Assembly: GCA_964393515.1 (NCBI GenBank)
Contig: CAYMTY010000006.1
Span: 38,334 to 102,333, forward strand
Length of the DNA stretch: 64,000 nucleotides
From: an uncultured Verrucomicrobiota bacterium
GTDB lineage: Bacteria > Verrucomicrobiota > Kiritimatiellia > CAIQIC01 > Lenti-01
Reading direction: 5' to 3'
The notes beneath the pieces are model-generated. The model was not told where the DNA came from, did no database searches, and was given only the letters and a program-made list of their open reading frames with translations. Made by a program: the position numbers and the translations under genes. Below, piece by piece: positions 16,060 through 26,400 of this stretch (position 1 is its first letter; the number at the start of each line of letters is the position of its first letter).

Positions 16060-17114
16060 CGGACATCTCCGGCTTCGGGGGTCAGGGCCATCTTGTAGCG
16101 CAATTTGGCGGTGGTTTGCATGTACTGGGAATCCCGCTCTTCGTCGCCGGTTTCCAGGGCGTTGAAGGCGGGGCAATGGGTGCAGGCTCCGCGCAGGGGG
16201 CCGCGGGCCGGCACCACGCGGCGGCGGCGGCGGATTTCGGCGAGTTCGCCGTTCCATAGTTCGCGGAACGGGCGGCCGGCGGATTCGCAGCGGTAGCGCG
16301 TGGCCAGCAGGCACGGGGAATAGCCGCCGAAGGGGTCGGCATGGAAGAAGGTCTGGCCGGCGGCGCAGGCATACAGGCGTTCGTCTGCCGGGAAGGCCGC
16401 GACGCGTGCGATCGTCTCGCGCCATTTCTGCTTCCGCCCGGGCCGGGCCAGGTCGCGCCGCACGGCTTCTGCCGGCGGCACCCGGAGCGCCAAGGGCGCC
16501 GGCGAACCGTCCGTGAGGCACGGAAAGACCGCCGCATCGTGGCGAAAATCCACGCCCAGTTCCCGCGCCTGCCGTTCCATGGCCTCCAGCTCGTGCCGGT
16601 TGACCGTCAGCAGCATGGTCTTGAGGACCACGCGGATGCCGGCCGCCTGCAGTCGGCGGATGCCCTCCCAGGCGCGCGCGTGCGAGCCCGGGACGCCGGT
16701 AACGGCTTCATGGACTGCCGCCGTGGCTCCGTACAGGCTGATCTCAACCTTGCGCGGCGGCAGTTCGCGGAACAAAGCCACGATTTCTTCCGTCACGAGC
16801 GTGCCATTGCAATAGACCGTCACGACCATCCCCAATTCCCGGGCGTGGCGGTAGATTTCCGGAAAATCGGGCCGCAGCATCGGTTCACCGCCGGAAATCA
16901 GCAGATAGAGGCAGCCGGCTTCAGCCCACTCGGCGAGCCGCGCCTGCACGGTGGCGGGGCCGAGTTCCCGGTCGCGCAGGCGGTGCTGGGCGGCCTGGTC
17001 GCCGAGGTAGCAGTGGGCGCAACGCAGATTGCAGCGGCGCGTCAGCTCCAGCATGGCGGAGACCGGCCGGCGCGCCCGGGAATTTCGCCCGCGAAACGCT
17101 TCCAGCCAATCCAT
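16056..17114 (-). CDS. Radical SAM protein with a C-terminal SPASM domain.
   Basis: CNLRCAHCY (CxxxCxxC) near the N-terminus. SPASM cysteines are in ...YACAAGQTFFHADPFGGYSPC... and ...GACTHCPAFNALETG. The start could be 17114 (MDWLEAF) or 17054. Confidence 0.8.
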   Translation of the reverse strand: MDWLEAFRGRNSRARRPVSAMLELTRRCNLRCAHCYLGDQAAQHRLRDRELGPATVQARLAEWAEAGCLYLLISGGEPMLRPDFPEIYRHARELGMVVTVYCNGTLVTEEIVALFRELPPRKVEISLYGATAAVHEAVTGVPGSHARAWEGIRRLQAAGIRVVLKTMLLTVNRHELEAMERQARELGVDFRHDAAVFPCLTDGSPAPLALRVPPAEAVRRDLARPGRKQKWRETIARVAAFPADERLYACAAGQTFFHADPFGGYSPCLLATRYRCESAGRPFRELWNGELAEIRRRRRVVPARGPLRGACTHCPAFNALETGDEERDSQYMQTTAKLRYKMALTPEAGDVR

Positions 17115-17137
17115 GGCGACGGCCTGGACGACGCCGT

Positions 17138-17458
17138 TCAACCAGACACCTCTTCGAGCAGCTGTTGGGCCACCAGCCGGCCCGCGTATTCTCGGCAATC
17201 GGCCAGGGCCTGGTCCGCTGAAACCGCAAACGCTTCGGCCACGGCCTGCGCCGTATCGGCCAGGGAAATCCCTGCGGACAGCCGTTCCCAGATGAATGCC
17301 CCGGTTTCGTTGAGCGGGAACACGCAGTTCTCGTGGGCAATGCCGCCCGATACCGGCACCAGCAGGCGGTCCTCCCCGATCCGGCGCAGAACAATCCGAC
17401 CCTTCATTGTGAAGGTTGGACTATGGTTCATCTCCATGGGGGCACTGGGTAACGCCAT
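17138..17458 (-). CDS. PqqD-family peptide-binding chaperone (RRE-like).
   Basis: RIVLRRIGEDRLLVPVSGGIAHENCVFPLNETGAFIWERLSAGISLADTAQAVAEAF matches the PqqD fold pattern. Confidence 0.7.
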   Translation of the reverse strand: MALPSAPMEMNHSPTFTMKGRIVLRRIGEDRLLVPVSGGIAHENCVFPLNETGAFIWERLSAGISLADTAQAVAEAFAVSADQALADCREYAGRLVAQQLLEEVSG

Positions 17459-17474
17459 GACTTCTAATTATCCC

Positions 17475-20400
17475 TTATAAAAGCCGTAGACAATACAAAA
17501 TCTGGGCCTGCGGAAGCGTGGGCGTGCCGATTCCCCCGTTCCGCTGGATGATGGCGCCGTTCGTGGACTTCAGGACCAGCCACTTGCCGGAGCCGGGGAA
17601 GAAAACCGCCAAATCGGCCTTGCCATCCCCGTCATAGTCCGCCGGCACTGGTACGGGATTCTTCTCCTGCGTGCCGAATCTCGCCGTGCGATTGCCGCCG
17701 GTGCTGTTTGCGATGGTCCACGTGGCGGTCTTGCGGGCGAATACGGCAAGATCCGCCTGGCCGTCGCCGTCGTAATCCGCCGGCACCGGCAGCGCGGCGC
17801 CGCCGCCCAGCGTTTTTTGCACCGGCTGGCCGTCGGACGAGCGCAGAATGTGCCATCGGCCGCCGGCGGTTGCATGCATCGCCAGGTCGGTCCGGCCGTC
17901 GCCGTCGTAATCCGCCGGCACCGGCACCATGCCCGGCAGGCCGAAGGCCACGTGCCATTCGGCCCCGCCGCCGCTGGGCCGAACCTGCCACCGGGAGTTC
18001 GCGCGGTGGTACACGGCGGGATCCCCGATGCCATCGCCGTCGTAATCGCCCGGAACCGGGCACGCCGCGGCCGCTGGCCCCAGCTTCACCACGCGGTCCT
18101 TGCCGCCCGCGGACGGCCGGATATGCCAGTTGCCCGACGACGGCTGGAAGACGGCCAGATCTGTCATCCCATCGCCATCGTAATCCGCGACCGCCGGCAG
18201 CGTCAGGGACGTGCCAAACCGGAGTGCCCGCAGGCCCAGCGAACTGCGCGACTGGAACCAGAACCGGAACTTGAGGCCGTAGCGGGAGAAGTCTGCCAAT
18301 CCGTCGCCGTCGAAATCGTGCAGCTGGCCGAACGGCCCCCGGGGCCACCAGAGCACCTGGTCCAACCAGCCCGCATCAGCGCCCTTGGCGCCACGGCGGT
18401 CCTTGGCGTACTCCCAGCGCAACGTCGCCGCCCCTGGAATCCTCCAGGATTTCCACTGCCAACCGCTTTCGCCGGAAATGGCCGCCTTGGGTGCGCCGTT
18501 GATCCACAGCCGCAGGACATCCTGGTTCGGCTGCGAAGAGGCCTTCCACCAGAAGCTGATCCAGCCCGGACCGGTCATCGTTGTCTCCAGCCAGCTCCGC
18601 TGGCCATGGCCGATGGCCCCGCTCTGCAGCGCTTCCACCCCGTCGTAGGTTGTGTGGGACTGGCTGAACCACGGCGCGCTGCCGCCCGTGGTCCACGTCA
18701 ATCCCGGCGCGTTCAAGGCCGCGTCCCGGTCCGCGCTGTAGGAATGGAACCGGGCCGAGTAGGCCGCACCATCGGCCGGCACCCTGATCGTGCGCGGATT
18801 CTCGAGGCTGCCGTCGCTCCAGCCGGTGAAGGCCCAGCCCGGGTTCGGGGCGGCGGAAATCCGCACCTGCGTTCCCTGATCATAGGTGCCGCCGCCCGCC
18901 ACAGTCCCGCCCGCGGCCGGATCGGCCGTCACTTCCACCACCGCGGTCAACCGCCGGAAGGTTGCCGTGTAGGTCCGGCCGCCGGCCGGCACCATGATCA
19001 TGCGCGGATTGGCCAGTTCGCCGTCGGTCCAGCCGGTGAATTCCCAGTTGGAGGCAGCCTCCGCGGTAAGTTTCACGAGCTCACCCACGCCGCAGGTGCC
19101 CCCGCCAGCGACGGTGCCGCCTTCAGGCGGGTCGGCCGCCACGGAAACCTGCGCCAGCTGCCGCTGGAACAGGGCGGTGTAGGCCATGCCGCCATGGGTG
19201 ACCGTGACCGTCCGCGGATTGCGTGTAACTCCATCGCTCCAGCCTGCGAAATCCCAATGGTTGCTCGTCGTGGCCGTCAAGGTGGCCCGCGCGCCGGAAG
19301 GATAGACGCCGCCGCCGCCGGCCGTGCCGCCTTCCGGCGGCTGGCTGTTCACCGTGAGCACCAGGGCCTGCCGGTCCGTGTTGCCCGCGATCTTCAGGGC
19401 CGGATCGCCGAGCAGGTTGTAGACCGCCAGCGTGTCCCGCGAGATGAATTCGGTTTGCACGGCGCGGCGCGCCTGCAGGATGGCCAGGCCCAGCCGGCCG
19501 CAGCCCTCCTGGAGCACGGCCCGGTAGAACGCCACGCCCAGGTCGCCGGCCGGCGCGTTGCGCGACAGGCCCGACGGACTCCATGCCGCCACCGCCCCGC
19601 CCGTCGCCCGCTGCAGCAGCACCTCGCCGAGGTTGTCCACGCCTGGCATCTCGAACCGCCCCGCCAGGCAGGTCAGGGCCACCGCCACCGGCTTGCGGGC
19701 GTTGGCCATGACATGGACATCCGTGTCCTTCAGCAGGTTCTTGGCGCTCCAGTTCTTGGCGCCGCCATGGCCCGTGAAGTGAACGAAGCCCACGCCGGCC
19801 TTGAACCAGTTGGACAACGACATGCGCGCCGCGGCGATCGCCGTGGTGTCCAGATTGATCCGCGCCGCCAGCGGATGCGCCGTGTCCTTCAGGGCCGCAA
19901 TGCGGTCATTGACCTTCATGAAACTGCCGGCGGCATCGTCCGCGGTGTCGGTGGCCAGCACCAGTTGGTTCTGCCAGTCCGCACCGAACTCGGTCTCGAA
20001 GGCTTTGATTTTCGCGATCATTGCCGCCAGGTCCGCGGCGTTCCGCGCCGGCAGACGCCCAAGGGCCACATCCGGCAGTGCGTCGCCGTCCGCGTCCGCG
20101 AACAGGCCGTCGGCGGCGAAGAGCCCCTCCATCGTCGCCAGCAGCAGCGGCGGCAGATGGTTCACTTCGTTGCTCTTCACCCCGAGGTAGTCGTAGTGGC
20201 CGTTGCCGGCCAGCACCACCATCCACGGAGCCTCGGTCCAGGTTGTTTGGGCATAGGCCAGCAGTTCGGGAATCGCTTCGGGTGTCCGCAGTCCACCCGT
20301 CAGCAGGTCGCAGACATCTTCGAACACCGCCACGCCCGAGCGCAGCCCCTGCCCGGCCCGGTAGTCCGAAAGTTCCTGCGCCGTCTCCGCCAGCGCCCGC

Positions 20401-23400
20401 GAGGCCACGACGAGATAATCAATCCGGTTGTCCGCCGCGAGGAACCACGCGTCCGCCGCCGCCGCCTCGGGCGCTAGCAACGGCAGTTCCGCGGTCTCCA
20501 CCAGCGCGAACCGCTCGCCGTTGGCCGCGGCCCACGTCTTGTCGGACAGCGCGCCGCTTTCGTCCGCAATCCACGCCGGCACGCCGTCATCATCCAAAGC
20601 CACCGCCAGCGGCGCGGCAAATGCCGCCGCCGAAACACCCGCGCCGTCCGTGCGGAAGTGGACCGTCCCCGCCCCGGGATCCAGCCGCCGGTTGTACGCC
20701 GCCGTGAACCCGTCCACCACGAAGTAGCTGTACAGGCCGGCCGCCGGCAGCGCGCCGCGCACCGTCAGCGTGTTGGCGCCGGCCATCGCCACGCCCTCTG
20801 GAATCGTCAGGGTCGCCGTTGCGGCTTTCTGATCGTCGAATTCGAGCGCGCCGAGGGCCACGCCATTCACGAAGAACTCCGCCCGGTGGTCCGGAGTCCG
20901 GTCCGTCCGCGTCCAGCCCAGCAGGTCCGCCGTGAGCGTCACCGGCCCGCCGGCATAACCGTTCAGGACGAACGGGAAATCCACCCGGTTCAAAGCCGGG
21001 TTCACCGAGGCGGTCACCATCTTCCAGTAGTACCAGTCCTCCGGCAGTTCGGTCATCGTCGCGTTGCCGATGCCCTGGTCCTCCTCGAACCGCACCTGCA
21101 CCGGGAACACCGTGCCGCCGGCCGCGGCCCCCGGTTCGCGCCGGGCCATCGGCAGGCCTTCGCCCGCTTCGATTAGAACCGCGTTGTCGCGCGCATACCA
21201 GTTGTCGGTCGGCTTCCCATGGAACACCATCCGGCCGTTCGCCGTGTCATAAATCACCGGCACGGGCGCGCCCTGTTCGGTGAAGGCCAGGCCGTTCTCT
21301 TCCGCCAGCGCCTGCACGTCTTCCCGCGCCAGCCCCATGCCGTCGGCGATGGCCTGCAGCGAAACGCCGTAGAGCCCTTCCTGCTTGAACAGTACTTTCA
21401 GCACCGGCGATGGTCCCGCGAGTTTCTTGGGCGCGACGTCCCGCGGCGCGGCCTTGGCCGCCCGCGCGGTCCGCGGGGCGGGCGGCGGAGGGACAAACTG
21501 GATTTCGTGCGTGCCGTGGTCCACCGTGCCGCCCGTCAGCTCCGCCTCTTCCAGCCGGTACAGGCCGCGCCCGCCTGCGACCGCGGCCGGATCCGCCAGC
21601 GTGTACTCCGCCCCGTCCTCCTGCAGCGCCGACGGCACCAGTTCCGCGTTCAGCCGGGTTTCCTCGCCCGTGTCGGGATCCACCCGGTACACGCAGAAGC
21701 CCGCCGTGTCGAACTCAGACGACGTCCGCCAGGCGACCTGGCCGGCCTCCCCGCGCCATTCGCCCCACACTTCCGCCAATTCCGCCCGGGTGGAACCCAG
21801 CGGCCCCAGTCCCAGGTCCAGCGTCAGATTCGTCTGCGCGCCGGCCAGGACGAAGTTCGTGGTCCAGGCATAGCCTCCGACTCCGCCGTTCACCGCATCG
21901 CTGTCCAGCGCGGTGTCGCCGCCCTGCAGGGCGGGCGACAGGGCCGTATAATTGGTGTCGAGGCCGCTCAGGTCGAACCGGATGTAGTACGTCCCCGGCA
22001 CGATGTTGGCGAACAGGTAGGCCCCCTCCGCGGTGGTCACCATCGAGGTCACCACCATCCCGTTTGTGTTCATCAGCGCCACCGGCACGTCCGGGATGCC
22101 GTTGGTCTCCCCCGAATCCTGGATGCCGTCGCCATTGACATCGAACCAGACCCGGTCGCCGACCGTGGCCCCGCCCTTGGGCACGATCACCACCGCGCTG
22201 ACGTCGTTCGACGGCACCGGATCGTAGAGGTCGCGCGCCGTGACGGCCGCCGAATTCGTGATGCGCTTCCCGCCCGTGCCTTCGTAGACCGTCACGTTGA
22301 AATACAGCGTCGTGGAAGCGCCCACCGCCAGCGAGCCGACGCTCCAGATGCCCGAAACCGGGTTGTAGGTTCCGTTCGAATGGCTGTTGTACTGCACATC
22401 GGCAGGCAGCACGTCCGTAAGTTCCAGGCCTGTTGCCGTGTCCGGACCGTTGTTCGTCGCCACCACCCAGTAGTCGATGATCGCGGTCTGGTCCGGTTCG
22501 GTCTCCGTCACGAACTTCGTCACGCCCACGTCGGCGTACTGCACGCAGTTGGTGACCGACGACTGAGTCGCCGGCTGCACGGAGCTGTAGGCGCTGGCGG
22601 TGTTCAGAATCTGGGTTACCGCAGAAGGCGAATCGACGGTGGCCTGGAAGGTGATGGTGACGGTCGCCCCGGTGTCCAGAACGCCGCCGGTCCAAAGGTT
22701 CGGCGGCGCGCCGAGCGCGCCCGAGGTGGCCTGGGAGGTGTCGTAGGACAGAACGATGCGCCCGGCCGCGCCCGCCCCGCCGGTGCGGGTGCCCGAGCCG
22801 GTACGGAGACCGCCGCCACCGCCGCCGCCCGGCGCGTTGCCGGCGGTGCCGTTGCCTTGGGTGCCGCTGCGGCCATTGCCGCCGGCGCCGCCGCCGGCGG
22901 GCGCCGCCGCGCCCGTCTGGTTGGCCGCGTTGTTGCCGGCCGCACCGGTGCCGGCGGAAGAGCCGCCGCCGCCGCCGTAGGAGGTGCCTGACCCGTTCGC
23001 GCCGTTGCCGCCGGCGTAAAGCGTATCGCCGATGCCCGTGGCCGCCGAACCGCCCGCCGCTCCCGTCGCGCTGTTGTTGACGCCGCCGCTGCCGCCGCGC
23101 GCCAGCACGCCCGTCGTCGAACCCAGGCTGAACCACGAATCGCCGCCGGCCGTGTTCGCCGCGCCGCTTGCGCCGACGTTCACGACGTAGTTGCTGCCGG
23201 GCAACACGGCCACGGCCGCGCGGCTGTAGGCGCCGCCGCCCCCGCCGCCGCCGCCGCCGTTGGAGGTGCGCGTCGCGCCGCCGCCGCCCCCGCCCCACGC
23301 CTGGACCGTGGCCGACGTGATGCCCGCGGGCACCGTGAACGTGGTCGAGGCGTTGTTGGTCAGCGTCACCACGCCGCCCGTCGGGTTGTAGAACGTGGCG

Positions 23401-26400
23401 CGGACGCTGTCGGCAACGTAGGTGACGCCCGGCGGCAGGACGTCCTCCAGCGCGATGCCGGTCTGCGCCACGGTGCCGGTGTTCTGGACCACGATGGTAT
23501 ACGTGTTCGTGGCGCCCGGCGCGAGACACGCTCCGGCGGACGACGTCTTCGTCGCCGTCAGGCCGTACACCGCGGCGACGTAGCCCGCGTCGCGGGAGTC
23601 GTCCGCGGTTCCGGGCGGCAGGTAGAACGGCGCCGTGCGGCCCGTGACCGGGGAGGCATCGCTGTCGAACGCGTCGTTGCCGCCCTGATCCTGCGGGGCG
23701 AACGTGAAGCCCGTCGGCAACGAATAGCCGACGAAATACGTGCTCGCCATCAAATTGGTGAAGGCATACGCCCCGGCCGACGACGACGTCGTCACGCCCA
23801 CCACGTTCGACGATGCGTCGTAGAGCGTCACCACGACGTCCGGCATGCCGGTTTCCCCGCCGTCCTGCACGCCGTCGCCGTCCGCGTCGTTCCAGACGAA
23901 ATCGCCGATGGAAGACGGCGGCTGGTAATAGCCCGCGTCGCGGGTCGTGTCGTTCGTGCCGCCGCTCAAGGCGAAGACCGCCGTCCGGCCCGTGTTCGTC
24001 GAGATGTCGCTGTCCAGCGCGTCGTCGCCGCCCTGGTCCTGCGCCGTGGGCAGGAAATTCGTCGGCGTGACGAATTCGAGGAAGTACGAGCCCGACGGCA
24101 GGTTGGTGAAGGCATAGGCGCCGGCCACGCCCGAGGTCGTCGCCGCCAGCAGGTTCGAGGCCGCATCGTAGACCCGCACCACAACGCCCGTCAACCCGGC
24201 CTCGCCGCCGTCTTGCACGCCGTCGCCGTCGACGTCGAACCAGACGAAATCGCCGACCGCGTTGGCCACCGACACGTTGGTGACGGACGCGGACTGCGGC
24301 GGGGTCTGGTTGTTGGTGGTGGTGGCCGTATTGACGAATTGCGTCGCGGCCAACGGGAAATCGAGCGTGGCTTGGAACGTGATGGTGATCCAGGCGCCGG
24401 TGGACAGACTGCCGTTGGTCCACAAATTGGGCGGTGCGCCGAGCGTGCCGGAAATCGCGCCGCTCGTGTCGTAGGCCACGACCACGCGGCCCGCGGCGCC
24501 GTCGCCGCCCACGGCCGATCCTTCGCCTTCCCCGCCGCCGCCGCCGCCCGGGGCATTGCCGTTTAGACCAGGCTGGCCGTTGTTGCCGCCGTTGCCGCCG
24601 GCTCCGGTTCCGGTGCCGCCCGTGCCGCCCAGCGCGGCTCCGCCCGCGCCGCCGGCGTTGCCGTTGGCGTTCGTGAAGGCGGATCCGCCGCCGCCGCCGC
24701 CGCCGGCCGTGCCGCGAAGTCCGCCGGCGCCGCCCGAATACCTCGTGGTGCCGATGCTGGCGGCCGCGGAACCGGCCGCGCCCGCCGTGTTGTCGGCCGG
24801 CGCTCCGCCGCCGCCGGCGGCCAGCACGTTGGTGGTCGCGCCCAGCGAGAAATAGGAACTGCCGCCGTTCTGTCCCGGATCGGCCGCCGCGCCGCCCGTG
24901 CCCACGACCACGTTGTACGTCGATCCGGGAACGACCGTGACGGTCGACTCGGCGAAAGCCCCGCCGCCGCCGCCCGAGCGGCGCGTGGTGTTGCCGGTCT
25001 CGCGGGCACCGCCGCCGCCCCCCCACGCGCGCACCGTCAGGGACGTGATGCCCGCCGGCACGGTGAAGGTCGTCGTCGAATCGTTGGTCGCAGACACGAG
25101 TCCGCCCGCCGGATTGGAGGACGTGGCGGTGACGCTTCCCGGCACGTAGGTCGTCCCCGCGGGCAACGGGTCGCTCAACCGGATGCCCGTCAGCGCCACC
25201 GTGCCCGTGTTCTGGAGGGTGATGGTGTAGGTGTTCGTCTCGCCGTAGTTCCAGTTGCCGGCCAGGCTGCTCGTCTTGGTGAACAGCAGGCCGGGCGTGC
25301 CAACGGCTTCGTTGGTGACGCTCGACGCCAGCGGAATCTGCTGGTCGCTCCACAGCGTCGCCACGTTGACGAACTCGATGGCCTCCAGCGGATCGTTGAC
25401 CTGCACCTCCACTTTCACGGTCATGTTGGTGCCGGGCGGCAGGGCGTAGCCGTCGAGCAGCAGCGGCGGCGGCGGCAGCGCGTTGGTGGCGCTTGTCGCC
25501 GAGGCCGCGATGCGGACGTTGTCCAGCCAGACGTAGTCGGTCGCGGTGCGATTGGCCGAGCCCGCGAACCGGATCACCGTGCCCGTCGAGGCATAGGCGG
25601 AGACGTTGAAGGAGGCGGAGAAATACGAGCCGTCGTTGGTCGCCCCGCCCACCTGCCCCACCTGCGTGAAGGTGCTCCCGCCGTTGGAGGAAACGGAAAC
25701 GTTGACGTAATCGTCGGCTTCCAGACCAACGCGGCGGTAGTCGAACCACAGCGTGGCGTTCGTGTAGCCCGCCAGGTTCGCTTCGCGCTGGATGCCGTCG
25801 GTCGTGGCCGTCCGCAAGGCATAAGTCTGGCCCGGGATCGAATCGCCGTCCACCGCGATTTGGACGTTGCCCGCCGTCGGGCTGTCGTCGTCGGCGATTT
25901 CCGTCCAGGGGCCGGTCCAGGCCACGTTGCCGTCGCTGTTCGTGTACGCCTGCAAATCGAACCGGTCCAGGAATTCGTTGGTGTGCGGGAAGGGCCGGAT
26001 CAGTTGGGCGGAAACGAACGTCATGCCGAGCGGCAGCGCGTCCTCCAGGTGTATTCCCGTCTGCGCCAGCGTGCCTCTGTTGGAAACCACGATCGTATAG
26101 ACCAGGTTCGTGCCCGCCGCCAGGTAGTTGGTCGTGCCCGAGGTTTTCTGGAACACGAGATCGGCAATGGCATTGATCTGGTTCGTCACCGAACCCGCAT
26201 CTCGGTTCTGATCGGACCGCAGGCTGGCGACGTTGACCACCTGCGTCGCCACGGGCGGCTGGTCCACGGTGACGTCGTAGGTCATCGTAATCGTCCCCCC
26301 CGGCGGCAGGGTCAGGTTCTGCGCGATCAACGGCGGCGACTCGCCCAGGAACGTGGCGTTGCTGCCGGCCAGCGTGAAGGCCACGTTGTCGAACCACACG

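Noticed and set aside
17475-17560. C-terminal sorting signals (PEP-CTERM, LPXTG, T9SS CTD) on the giant proteins. This entry covers the C-terminus of giant 1; the C-termini of the other giants at 32842 and 50714 are not in its coordinates.
   Set aside because: The C-terminal tails (…ILYCLRLL, …RVIEIRPEL, …LFVGILAVRR) do not match these motifs convincingly. Only protein 3 has a short hydrophobic stretch followed by Arg.
17817-20477. Long plus-strand ORFs (886 aa here; also 21219..22991, 25860..29045, 36586..39252, 53126..55039 and 55364..60610 at 1748 aa) antisense to the giant genes.
   Set aside because: Low-complexity Arg/Gly/Pro-rich translations with no recognisable domains. These are the typical stop-codon-poor shadow frames of 70% GC coding DNA. 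The opposite strand carries clear domain architecture.
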